Origin: Gekko japonicus
Lineage: Eukaryota
Length of the DNA stretch: 64,000 nucleotides
NCBI RefSeq assembly: GCF_001447785.1
Contig: NW_015161419.1
Coordinates: 6,327 to 70,326 of the forward strand
Direction of reading: 5' to 3'
Shown here: in pieces, positions 51,182 through 62,442 of the stretch
How the letters are laid out: each line of letters begins with the position of its first letter
How positions within the stretch are numbered: the first letter of the stretch is position 1
Position numbers and translations under genes: made by a program
Notes under the pieces: model-generated
Seen by the model: the letters and a program-made list of their open reading frames with translations, nothing else
Told to the model about the DNA's origin: nothing
Database searches by the model: none

Positions 51182-54090
51182 TCACATATCCAGTATGGCT
51201 CTGATGTCCCTATTCTTTTTGGGCACTGTGAAGAACACCAAGTATACTCCCTGTCCCTTTTCCTGATGTGGTACCGGCTCTATGGCTCCAATGTCCAACG
51301 GGTGGAGAATTGCCAAGTTCAGTGCTCAGTGTTTCTCTAGGGAATGGCTCTTGGGGAGTTCCAGAAAACGATGGGTTGGGAACAAGTGAAACTCTATAGC
51401 GTAACCTTCTGTCACTGTTTCCAGCACCCATTTGTCTGTCACCGTCTGGTGCCAACATGAGGAAATACTTTGTAGACGGCCTCCTATGCTGATGTTGTTG
51501 GGGCTCCTGGCATAGTCATGCTGTATTGCCTTTTTTTGGATCTTTGGATTGTTGTCCCTGTTTGCTGGAGAAGGAGGACGGTCTGGTTTCCCTAGTTTTT
51601 GACTGCCAACGTCCTTTGAAGCTCCTGTTGTAATTTGGTTTGGAGTCACGCCTGGAATCCTGAAAGGACTGGAACCTTCTCTTGGATTTCCCTTTTCTCT
51701 TCTTGGATGGTAAGACTTTTTTCTTATCTTTATCTTCCACCAGATACCGCTCTAAACCATCCCCAAAAAGGTTAGAGCCTTTGAATGGGACCGCCGCCAC
51801 CTTAGCTCTTGCTGAAGGATCAACATCCCAATTGCGCAGCCATGTGTTCCTTCTTGCAGTAACGCTAGAAGCCATTGCTCTTGCAGACAGTTGCACGGCA
51901 TCCAAAGAGGTATCAGCTGCGAACGCTATAGCTAGGGCTATTTTCTTGCGCTCATCTTTAGCTCTTTAGGTATACCACTGTCCGCTTTGGCCATGTCCGA
52001 CGCCCAAGCATATGCCGCTCTGGCAAAGAGTGAATCTGTGACTGAGGCTCGAAGAGAATTGGCTGAAGCTTCAAAATCTCTGCGCAGAGCTTGTTCAATC
52101 TGCTTGTCACTGTGGTCTTTTGGTAGTCCATTCTCCTCCATAGGTAGAACAGATGTGGAAGCCAGGCTATTGACCGGTACGTCTACCACTGGCAATTTTA
52201 TCTTTTTTGCCGCTTCTGGTATGAGAGAATAAAACTTGGAAAACATTTGATGGTTAGTCTTAAGTTTGGCTGGATGTTCCCATTCAGTGTTCATAAGAGA
52301 ATAAAAGGTCGCTGTTAGTGGAACCCTCACAGGTTTGGACCCAGTCTTTGGCAAGGTTTGCTCTGACCCAGTAGGGAAACCTGAATCCTCTTCTGTGTTT
52401 TTTGGAGTATATGGTTCAAGTTTCCTTAATACCTTAGGTAGCAATTTACCATACATTTTTTGGGGAAACAATCTAGACTGAACAGTAGGTACCATCTCAG
52501 CTTCTTCCTCTGATAATTCTCCCTCCTTCAAATTTGACCCAAGGTCTGAGGAATCAGAGTCTTCCATACCACTCAGCAGTGGGCTATGGTCCCTAAAGGA
52601 CAAGCTCTCCTCCTCTCTTCTAGCCCTTCTTGGCTTGGTGGAAGAGGGTGATCTGCTGGCTTTTCTCTGCCTTTTATGGCCTAAGTGCCTCTTGGGTGTT
52701 CTACCTTGCTCTGGAGAAGAATCAGGAGATTCCCTATGGCGAGCAGCCTTCCATAAGTCTTTAAACTCTTTTTTAATCTCAGACTTCATCCATGTCAACA
52801 GATCTACTTCAGTACGTTCCTCCGGGGGAACTACTTCTTGGTCCTGCATCTGAGATGTCTGGGATTCCTGTTCTGGAGAAGTAAAACAAACTCACAGGTC
52901 CTGCTCGGGTGTCCTGATAGAGTTGCCTTGGACGCCATTTTGTGTCCCTGGGAAAATGAAAGTAAGGGACCACTATCAAAATGGCTGCTCCCACCTTTTC
53001 TAGGTAGCCACTATCACATGTGCAGATTTATATTCCCCACCCAGGGCTCACCCTGGTGTGTGGTCTTAGCCAGGGGAAGCATACATACCAGCCACTTCCT
53101 CCTCCAGCAATCTAGAAGAAGAAGAAGAGATTGGATTTATACCCCGCCCTTCACTTGGAGTCTCAGAGCGGCTTACAAACCCCTTTCCCTTCCCCTCCCC
53201 ACAACAGACACCCTGTGAGCTGGGTGGGGCTGAGAGAACTCTGACACAAACTGCTCTTTCAGAAACAGCTGTGCCAGAGCTTGTGACTGACCCAAGGTCA
53301 CATCAGCAGGTGCATGTGGAGGAGTGGGGAATCAAACCCGGTTCTCCCAGATTAGAGTCTGCGCACTTAACCACTACACCAAACTGGCTCTCTACTGAGC
53401 TGGGCTTGTGGGGTGGTGGTGGAGAAAAATGGGTTTTTTTTCCTGTTCATGGGAATGCAGAATAAAGGGTTCCCTATTCCCCCTGCTCCTTGCCAGTGGC
53501 TATTTCTCCATTCCCCCCCCCCATGCCAGAACACCTTATTGTGATTCAGAAGGCAGGCTGGGGTGGCAGAGGAACTCCGGTTGTCTCCAACGACGTCCTC
53601 TCAGCTACAGCCAAAAAAGGAGACTTGCCTGCCAGGAGGATTGCACGTGGCACGTCTTTCTCTGGTCTCTCCCTCGCTCCGCTGCAATCTCCAGCCTCGT
53701 CCCAAGGGTGGGGGGGAGAGGAACAGCTTCCCAATGGAAGGCTGTTTTCCGTGTGAGCCAGGAGGCACCTGCGGCTGCCAGGGATCTCCCAGTGCCATCA
53801 GGTGGAGGGGCGTTCTCCCTTGCAGTCAACCCAGCCGCATTCCCAGAGGGGATGGCAGCACCTGGGTCTCACTGCGGCCCCTTTCTGCTTCACTTTCTGT
53901 CTTCTGTTTTCATGCTCTTCCACACCGCCGACCTACGTCCTGCTTCGAAGGGGAACAGAGGACAAGCCCCTCCCCTTCAGGGACCAAAAATGGTCAGCTG
54001 GCCCTGCCTTCAGAGGAGGAACTGAGATCCGAGGAATAAAGGACTGCCTCACTACCAGGACCACCGGAGAATGGTCTTTCCAATCCCACT
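51182..54090 (-). mobile_element. DIRS1-like retrotransposon C, 5' half (gag-like ORF and start of RT), interrupted by a SINE
   Basis: 303-aa ORF 52849-51938 plus frameshifted 51905-51516 (AMASSVTARRNTWLRNW...PFKGSNLFG, DIRS gag-like). An overlapping frame reads IGGRL...W...TDKWVLETVTEGYAIEF and later FTVPKK..DIRAILD. The 5' end begins tgggattgg, like element B (tgggaatag). Confidence 0.85.
53114..53391 (-). mobile_element. Full-length Squam3-like tRNA-derived SINE
   Basis: Minus-strand head gagccagtttggtgtagtggttaag...gggtttgattcccc (A and B boxes) and a (CTT)n tail. Confidence 0.88.
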
Positions 54091-55699
54091 TACATTGTAA
54101 TTGAATTAAAATACGAAATGTGAGCTTTTCTGTGCTCCCAGCTTTCAAGACACAATTTGTTTCTTCAGTGAGCATTAGGAGGTCAGAATTGCATTTAAAC
54201 ATTACTTAAAGCTATTGTATATCCAGTCGTCATCGCTCTTCGTTGCTTCACAAACTAAGGAAGTGTCTAGAAAAGCTGAAAATGGTTAGGCCTCTGTGTG
54301 TGTGTGTGTGTAATAGTGTACATCACCTCTTTCCTACTAGATGATTCTTCCTTCTAAATGTTCTTTTTTCTACTCGCTCTCATAGCTTTTTTGTTTAACC
54401 TGGGCTCAGAAACTGGAAAGAAGCCCACTAGGATGTAGGCTGGAGGAAGTGGCCTTGGGGGAGTGAGGAGATGGGATTTGTAGGCAAGCATTGGTAGGTC
54501 AAAGAAGGGTACCCTTCTACCTGCCAACAGGCCCCATTTTTCTCTTCCAAATGCCCTCCTTTGCCCCTTCCGTCCTCTGCATTCCTGTTGTTTCACAGAT
54601 GCAAGAGATGGGCCACACATTTGCAGGGGTAATGACTAGTTCTGTCCTGTCCTGAGAAGTAGTGACAAGCAAAAATAATGCTGATTTGATGTTACTGCTT
54701 CTGTTGTACATTATATTTTGACCTTGATCTGCTTTTTATAATGCTTGGTGCTCTGTCAGTACAGGAATCTGGCATCACTGTGTGTTAGTACAACCCCCCA
54801 GGGATCAACACAGTAAAGGTGCATCAAAAAGCAAGGCAATAAAATAAAACACATGGACATTACTTTCATAATTGTCAACACATTACTTTAGTGGTGTTAG
54901 CCCTCTTGAAATTGGACTGGCATTGTGTCAAGCACTCTTAAAAAGTGTAGAAGATGATACTGAAAGTGTCCAAGAACAGATATTTTAATTGAACAAATAT
55001 TAGGTGGGGTTATTTTTGTAAATAAAAGGCTAGTATGTGGAACACCTGCCTTTAAGGAAGTACGCTAAATTGCATCCATACAGCTTAGTTGTCAGGTTAG
55101 CCTTGTTTTGCTTGTTGTAGCAGAAAGAAGACAGAAGATGCCAGAGGTGTTAGGAACTCTGTGTGCCAATTCAAGGAATAGTAAAAGAGCCCTTATAGGT
55201 TAAGTGAATTGACTGAGCATTCTAGGGCTTCAGTGTTCAGTTAGGGCAGCTTCTCATGTCAACATTTTGTATCATGGTGCAGCAGGTATCAGAATCCAGT
55301 TGTGAAAGATGCATAACTATTTTAAAAGGCAAAATAATAAATAATACGTGCAAGTGGGGACTGATCGATTCCTGATAGCTGTTTCTGTGTGCTTTAAAGT
55401 GTCAAGTGCCAACTGATATATCCATGTACTCTTTATAGTTACCAGTGTGCATATATTTTGTACATTGATATCTGTATCCATATGAAATTCATTAAATAAT
55501 GTTTCATATACAGTCAGTGGTAAGCAAATAGCTTCATTGACTGTTCTTCCAATTGTTTTTCCCCATAATGTTTCATTCTGGCAGCAGTTGTCACCTGGGA
55601 GTGTAAAGGTACACAGTTTTCTGCCCAATTTTATCAGGCTCCAACAGATGCATTAGGCTAAAAATGATAAATTTATGAAAGCTGGAGTAGATCCCTGCA

Positions 55700-55885
55700 G
55701 TGACCATTTTAAAAAGTATGGGGCGAGGATTCAACCCTCCCCAAGTTGTTTTTTTAATTGTTGGATTTTTCTGCAAACCCAGAGTCCCCTGAGTCTGTAG
55801 AAAAACCTGTTGGGGGAGAGTGTGCCCTCTGTTTGCAAAAATAAGTATCCACACACAGAATGGATTGTTGAGAATCCTATATATA
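55700..55885 (-). mobile_element. 5' fragment of an older Helitron-like element abutting the 3' end of the next one
   Basis: Minus strand tatatatagg...tctgtgtgtggatacttattt...tttgcagaaaaatccaa resembles the 5' region at 57212-57060. Confidence 0.5.
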
Positions 55886-57212
55886 CAAGGGTGGACCCAC
55901 AAGAAACTTGCGGAGAGGGGGCATTCCCTCACCTTTGCTTCCTTCCCTCTCCCTCCTCTCCCCCTTTCTTTCTCTTCCCAAGCCAATCCCTCCTTCTTTT
56001 TCTTTCCAACCNNNNNNNNNNNNNNNNNNNNNNNNNNNNNNNNNNNNNNNNNNNNNNNNNNNNNNNNNNNNNNNNNNNNNNNNNNNNNNNNNNNNNNNNN
56101 NNNNNNNNNNNNNNNNNNNNNNNNNNNNNNNNNNNNNNNNNNNNNNNNNNNNNNNNNNNNNNNNNNNNNNNNNNNNCCCCCCCCCAGCAAGCCAGTCCCC
56201 CTTCTGTTCCCCCCCAAGCAAATCCCCCCATCTTTCCCTTTCTGTCTGTCCCCCAAGCCAATCCCCCCCTTCTTTCTCCTCTCCTTCTTTTCCCCTAACT
56301 TTGAGTCCGCCATCGGTGGCAGTGCCTGCGAGACCGAGCCAGTGCAGGCTCAGACACAAAGCCACCCAATGCTTTCCGTCTTTGTTTGCTCCCAGCTTCC
56401 CAAGAATGGAAAAGCCTGCGAAGGCCTCATCGCTAGGAAAGCTGTTACTAAGGACAGTCACGTGCTGAAAACAGTCGCTTTCCAAGGAGAGGGAGGGGGA
56501 GAGAAGCCTCCTCGTCTTCAGTAAGTCCATTCTATGTGCATGAGCAGAAAGAGCTGTTGTACTTTTTGGGGGAGGCTTACTGACCATTTGAGAATATGTT
56601 CCACTATTGATCAGATGCCCGGCTTTATAATTAGGACTGAATTTTTCCTGTATTACTAGTCTGAAGGCTTCTGTGCTTTATGAGTGCTGTGTGAAGGATT
56701 TTTCCTACATATACATGATTGAAGTCTTCTGTACATTATCAGTACTTTATGCAGTAGTTTGAACTCTTTAAAGAAGAACCCTCGAAATGAAGATCAAAAT
56801 CCGGAGTCTTTGTCCAACTACTTGTGAAACTACTTGTGAACTTATGTATACTATGTATGGACTTGCACGTTTTATGATGTAATCCTGCTTTACTGATATA
56901 TGTGGTCCCTTGTTATTGTTATTAGTTTTGCTTTTGTTACAATATAATTTTCCTTTGCATGACCTTTGTGCACTCCATGGTCTGCGTTATTTATACAGTG
57001 CTTGTTTGTTTACTGTACTCAATGTACTGTGTTATCATTATTGTTTTGGGATTTAAGTATCCCCCATATAGTTTTTTCAACATTTTAGATTTTTCTCCAA
57101 GCCTGGGGACTGCCCCAAATATGCTGAAAGATCTGCCCCCCCCCAATCTACCCCAGATCTGCGGAAATAAGTATCTGCACACAGAGGGACCCTTGGCTAT
57201 TAGATATATAGA
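55886..57212 (-). mobile_element. Non-autonomous Helitron-like element with purine-rich repeats (gap 56012-56176) and heterologous interior
   Basis: Minus strand begins A|TCTATATATCTAATAGCC and ends ggaagcaaagg...ccgcaag-ttt-cttgtgg-gtccacc-CTTG|T. It may be two elements rather than one. Confidence 0.55.
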
Positions 57213-57480
57213 TATATATCTGTCTGAATAAACTGCCAAAACAGCTATCTCACCTGACAAAGATGCTTCTACTGCTACTGTTTCACTTCTCCGTGGATGG
57301 CTGGCTACTGAGTTGAGCCACTGGCCATCAAACCATTCTGTTCTTCTCCTGCTGCGGGGCTCACTTTCCCCTCAGGGGCTGTTGCTAGGCAACCAAGCTT
57401 GATTCTATCAGTAAAAAGGCAGGAGCAGGAGGCCCTTTCCAGGCCTACTCATTGGGGAACTCATTGGGGCAAGTCCTGAC

Positions 57481-57669
57481 TAGGGTTGCCAGCTCCAGGT
57501 TGGGAAATTTCTGGAGATTGCAGAAGCCAGAGTTTGGGGAGGGGAGAGGCCTCAGCTGAATAGAATGCCATAGAGTCCACCCTCCAAAGCCATTATTTTC
57601 TCCAAGGGGAGAGAGATCTGTTGTGTTACCAGGCGATCCTCAGGCTCCACCTGGATGTTGGCTACCCTA
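57481..57669. mobile_element. hAT (Blackjack-type) MITE
   Basis: TIRs tagggttgcca / tggctacccta; TSD not preserved. Confidence 0.65.
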
Positions 57670-57769
57670 GGGATGGCAGTGCCCTCTGGGTGACTTGATG
57701 ACACCTGACTGGCATGACTTAACTAGGCCTGGCTGCTTGTTCCTGTTCACCAGCAGCAGCCTCCCTAGG

Positions 57770-57965
57770 AGAGCCAGTGCAGCGTACCAGTTAGTGCTTC
57801 ATAGCAGGGTCTGCCAGATCCAGGTTCTTGCTGTGGAAGCTGAGTGGGTGATTTCGGACCAGCCAGACTTTCAGCCTAACCTACTTCACAGGGTTGTTGT
57901 GCAGATCAAAAGGGGGAGAGGAGAATGATGTAAGCTGCTTTGGTCCTCTGTGCAGAGAAAGACTG
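57770..57965 (+). mobile_element. Degenerate tRNA-derived SINE
   Basis: gagagccag head and core tcagcctaacctacttcacagggttgttgtg. Confidence 0.65.
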
Positions 57966-60900
57966 TACTTTTCCTCCCGGAGAACCATTGTTACCAATCT
58001 CCAGGTAAGGGCTGGAAATTACGCAGAATTACAACTGCTCTCCAGATGGAAGAGATTAGTTCCCCTGGAGAAAACGGTGGACTCTGTGTCATTATAACCT
58101 GCTGAGGTTGCCACAGCAAATTGACGCTGAGTGCTCAAGGCTGGGGTACCTGCCCAGAGCCTCTTTCTAGAGCTCATTGTATTTATTTCCACAATGGGCC
58201 TTATTCCTAGTTAGATATATAGATGTTACAAACACATTAAGCATAGGAATTTTATTTACACATACCATATTCAGTGCCCTCCCATGTTAGAGTACTTACA
58301 TTAATATATGTCCAAATAATGGCTTTAATTTATTAGATTGTGATATGCAGCTAAAAGTATCTTCACAGTTGACTTGAAATAACATTGGGACATTGAAAGG
58401 GGCTAGCTTCCAAAGAGAATTCAGACTGGCAGTAAACTTGCTTTTTCAGCATTTGATGTGATATTAAAAGACTACTCAAAGCTCCAGTATAAGTCCATGC
58501 TGAGAAACCCATTATTATTATTATACATAATAAACATTGCCAACTACTATCTCATTTCATTTAGAATGTGCATTGGATGTGAAACAAACTTAAATTTAAG
58601 GGTTAAGGATTAAAAATTCAATTTATAAGTATCCCCAGCTTTCACCTTTTAATAAAATTTACAGAATAATGTCTCTACATATTGCCAAGAGCAAATTGGT
58701 AAAAGTAAGGAATTAAGACTCAGTCCTCTTATTGTTATATAGTAGAATTGCTAATTGAAATTAAATTTCTTAGAATAGATGGATTTATGCAAAGCCTTTT
58801 AAAGAAATACATCTTCCAGTGAGATTCCAAGACTCTTTTGTTTGTCTTAAAATAACATTTGGTTTCTGAATTTTCCTTTCCAGGATTGAAGTATTGTGCA
58901 CAATTTACTGATTGGAGTGTTTCTTCCTAAATGCATCTACATTCCTTGTCAAAAGAGAAGAGTTTTCTCTTTGCATGTATATGTTTTTAAATGATCAGCA
59001 TTGGCAAATAGAAAATAGAGTTTATATTCTCTGAAACTCGAGAACTGCATGGAAACTGGGGGGGGGGGGAGCCCTCAAAACCTGCCTTCTCCATTAAACC
59101 TTTGACATAAGTCTTCATCCCCTGCCAAAAGTAAGCCCAAGTTTGTAACACTGAAATGAACATATATTCTTTCCCTTTATCTCCATATCTACCTCCCTTT
59201 GTGGACTTCATTATGTCAGACATTGGTGTGTGTGTTCCTTGGGGCATAGACTTGTGCTTCTTAAAGAGCTGTGTATATTGATGAGTGATATAAAAATAAG
59301 TCTTTTACTTAAGGACACCTATCACTTATTTTCTGTTCAGCTGTTTCAACAGCACAAGTTCCTAATTTTTTGTTTTTCGTGTTGTAGATAGGACACACAA
59401 AGGGAGGAAAATCCCAAACTGCCGTTTCACCTGTCCAGCAGCCCTTACTGTTAACACAGTTATGCAGTATAACATCAAGTGTTATTTACAGATGCTGTTA
59501 GAAATGAAATATGTTTAAGAACATTCTTAACATTAAGAACAGGCCATATGTTTAAGAACATTGAGTCGCTCACATTTTAGTCCATGGTAATGTTTCTTGC
59601 CTTAAAAATGGTATGGGTTTGCCATAAGTCAGCTGCGACTTGACGCCATTTCCACCACCACCAAGATTCTTTTGAGTTTTCTCTTAAGTCTTATATGGAA
59701 GCCTTTTAAGAAATTAAAGCTCTCTTTCAATAAATAGTAGCTTAAGTGGTTTCTGTTAAATGTTTTTTTAAATGTAAAAGCCACTTGGTATATTTTTCAA
59801 CTTTCTGGAAATCATTGGTGAAACACTGGCAAATCCCTTAGAAACGGGACTTTGCTGAAGAATATAACTTTTTGTTTTTGTTGAGTTCCTGTGGGAGACG
59901 TCCTTCACAGATTCTACTTGGTACATTCATTTCAAATGCTGGTCTAGTAAGCACAGTTCAAAATTGGAGAGCCTAGCTTAGTAAACCTTACTACAGCACA
60001 CTCAGGACTGTCTGGAGGCTTAATTATAAAAGTTTGAGCATGACTCTTTCCTGGTCAGAGCATTTCTGTCTTCCTGTATTCATTTTTTTAGAGCTGGTTG
60101 AAAGAATTTTTCAGGTGGTGGTATTCATAGATCATGGTCTCTTGGATATGCTGAATGGATGAAGGTTCCAGACTCCCTGGGTATAGAACCAGTTTTTTAA
60201 AAAGTTTTCCAGACTTCAGTGCTTTATTCTGAAGAGCAAACATAAATAGCCGAAGCATAATTCTGGTCATGATCTTTCTGATTCCATTTGCAGAAATGAT
60301 CGCACACCTGCTCATTAGTCTCCTCCTGAAAACTTCCAAGGATTCCATTAGTTCTCTTAGCTAACTGCAGCCACCTGCATTTCATCTTCAGTTATTTGCT
60401 GACAATGACCATGAGGCAGACTTGCTGATTTTCAGGACTCAGCTTTTCATCTTGCAGCTATGATTTATCTCTTTGATCCTAAATTTCTGATCTTGCACTT
60501 GCCTCCATAGACCTCCTCCTGTGCTGAAAGCATTCAGGATAACTAAACAATTAACATTTGTTTTTCCTGTATACAGCTTTTGAATAACTTTTTTTGTGTC
60601 TTGCATTGACTCTGCTTGCAAAGATTTCCGCTTTTCTTCTGGGCTATTGATTAGGACATATTGATTGGCTAAATAAAGTCCCTGAAACTGCCATTGGAAA
60701 AAAATTCTGTTAGATGATGAATTTATGATTACTTATTGTGCCTTAAATATCTACACTTGAATTCCAAGCATAACGATTTGGCATTATGTTCAGTTGAATA
60801 GAGCTAGGCCTGCTTAAAATTTTGATGTGTGTGTGTGTGTGTATGTAGACTTAGGTCCTATACATTGAATCCTAAGAGTGTAAACAGATGCTGTTCTTTC

Positions 60901-61242
60901 TTCCCATCCCTCAGCACCCCTCCAAAACATTGATGCTGAAGGTCACAGGATTCACATGGACAAAAAGCCACGCAGCTGATGGACTGCAGTGAGGAAGGGG
61001 AACGGGGCTGGGACTGCTCTTGCGCCAGTGAAATTTCTAGCATTTGTAGGAGCAACGCTGATACAAGAGAGATGGGGAACATGATTTTGTCTGGTTCTTA
61101 TTCCTCACCAGAGTCCCCCTGGGCTACATGGTTCATGTAAGTCTTGCAGCCTCCATCATCTGGGTTTAGAGATCTCAGGGGAACACTGAGGGATGGGCTG
61201 AGTAGGAAAGAACCAGCATGCTTTCTATAAAAGCCAACCTTC

Positions 61243-61500
61243 TAGGGTTGCCAAGTCAGAAGCGGCGCTGGAGCACCGCAACCCGTCACCCGGAAGTGAC
61301 GCGACCACGCCGGGCACGCTGGAGGTGGGGCCACGACCATCCGAGGGGAAACCATAGAGTTTTCCCTCGGATGACTGTGGCCCCGCCCCCAGCGTGCCCG
61401 GCGTGGTCGCGTCACTTCCGGGTGACGTGCACGTCGCATGCTTTGGGGGTGGGGTTCCCCTTGGGGACCGATCCGCCGGCGGCGGGGAACGGGCCTCTGG
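61243..61500. mobile_element. Truncated hAT MITE (family of 42221-42616) with a long internal palindrome
   Basis: Left TIR tagggttgccaagt. It shares catccgaggggaaa..atagagttttccctcggatga and gctttgggggtggggttcccc with the 42.2-kb copy. Confidence 0.8.
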
Positions 61501-62286
61501 GTCTCATCAGTAACTTAGTCAAGCTTATGTTCATTTATTGGTTGGGGCCCAGTGGGCAGTTGCCTTGAAATTCTTGTTTTGAAAGTTGCATTTTATAATT
61601 GCTACTATAGTGCTAGAATTAATGTAGGAGGGGCTGCATGTCTTTCACTAAAAAGAAAGTATGCATTTTTCAGAATCAGTTATAAGGATGTTACGGGAAC
61701 AGTGCCAATATTTGCTTTAGCAATGTTATTTGTGTAGATATTCACAGGAACTGTCTCTTAAATGACATGACAGGCTTTGAGTAATTGGCCTACAGAGTAA
61801 AGGACGACTCTGGTGCTACTCCAAAACAATAAAGGTGCATAATTCAGCCTCATGAGTATGAATCACTGGGAACATTTAAAACATTGCAGTAGCAAACTAT
61901 TTGGAGCGGAGAGGGGTTGACACAGATGTACACTATCATGGAGTTACATGAGATGGGTTGTTTTGGTAGAGCCCCAGTGCATTGTATTAAATGGAAGCTT
62001 GCAGTTAACAGGGCTTTGATGCATATAATCACAACTAATTTCCCAAAGGTTCAACATCATTCAGTGAAAGTTCATATCAGAGCAATTGTAGCCTCGTGGT
62101 ACAGAGACTAGGATTATAGGTGTAACTAGGCAAAACAATGTTCTCTTTATTTTATATGAATAGGTGTGTAGGTGAGTCCTCTGAACTATGCATATTTGAA
62201 ACTAATCTTTTCAGTCTTTGGTTTTTATGTGCTTTCCGGATTTCTTTTTGTGGGGGAATGGGAAAGTTCTTTACAAAAAGCTGTAT

Positions 62287-62442
62287 TCAGTAGCAGTAGC
62301 ACCTTGGTGACCCAACAAGATTTTGGGGTTTCCAACTTGTATCTGACAAAGGGAGCTTTGACTCTCAAAGGTTATACCCCCCAAAATCTTGTTAGTCTCT
62401 AAGGCGTTACTGGACTAAAATCTAACCATTCTACCCTCTGAA
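62287..62442. mobile_element. Penelope-derived inverted-repeat remnant
   Basis: cagtagcaccttggtgacccaacaagattttgggg / ccccaaaatcttgttagtctctaaggcgttactg, with a decayed hammerhead-like core. Confidence 0.6.

Noticed and set aside
54227-54284. Possible exon (atccag|TCGTCATCG...AAAATG|gttagg)
   Set aside because: Weak splice sites, 58 nt (frame-shifting), and no similarity to the expected next COMMD10 exon.
55591-56587. Several 160-240-aa ORFs
   Set aside because: They are artefacts of the N gap and low-complexity purine/pyrimidine repeats.
60060-60640. Minus-strand ORFs, possibly a pseudogene or old LINE
   Set aside because: No motif that I can assign, and the frames are short and discontinuous. 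A BLASTX search would be needed.
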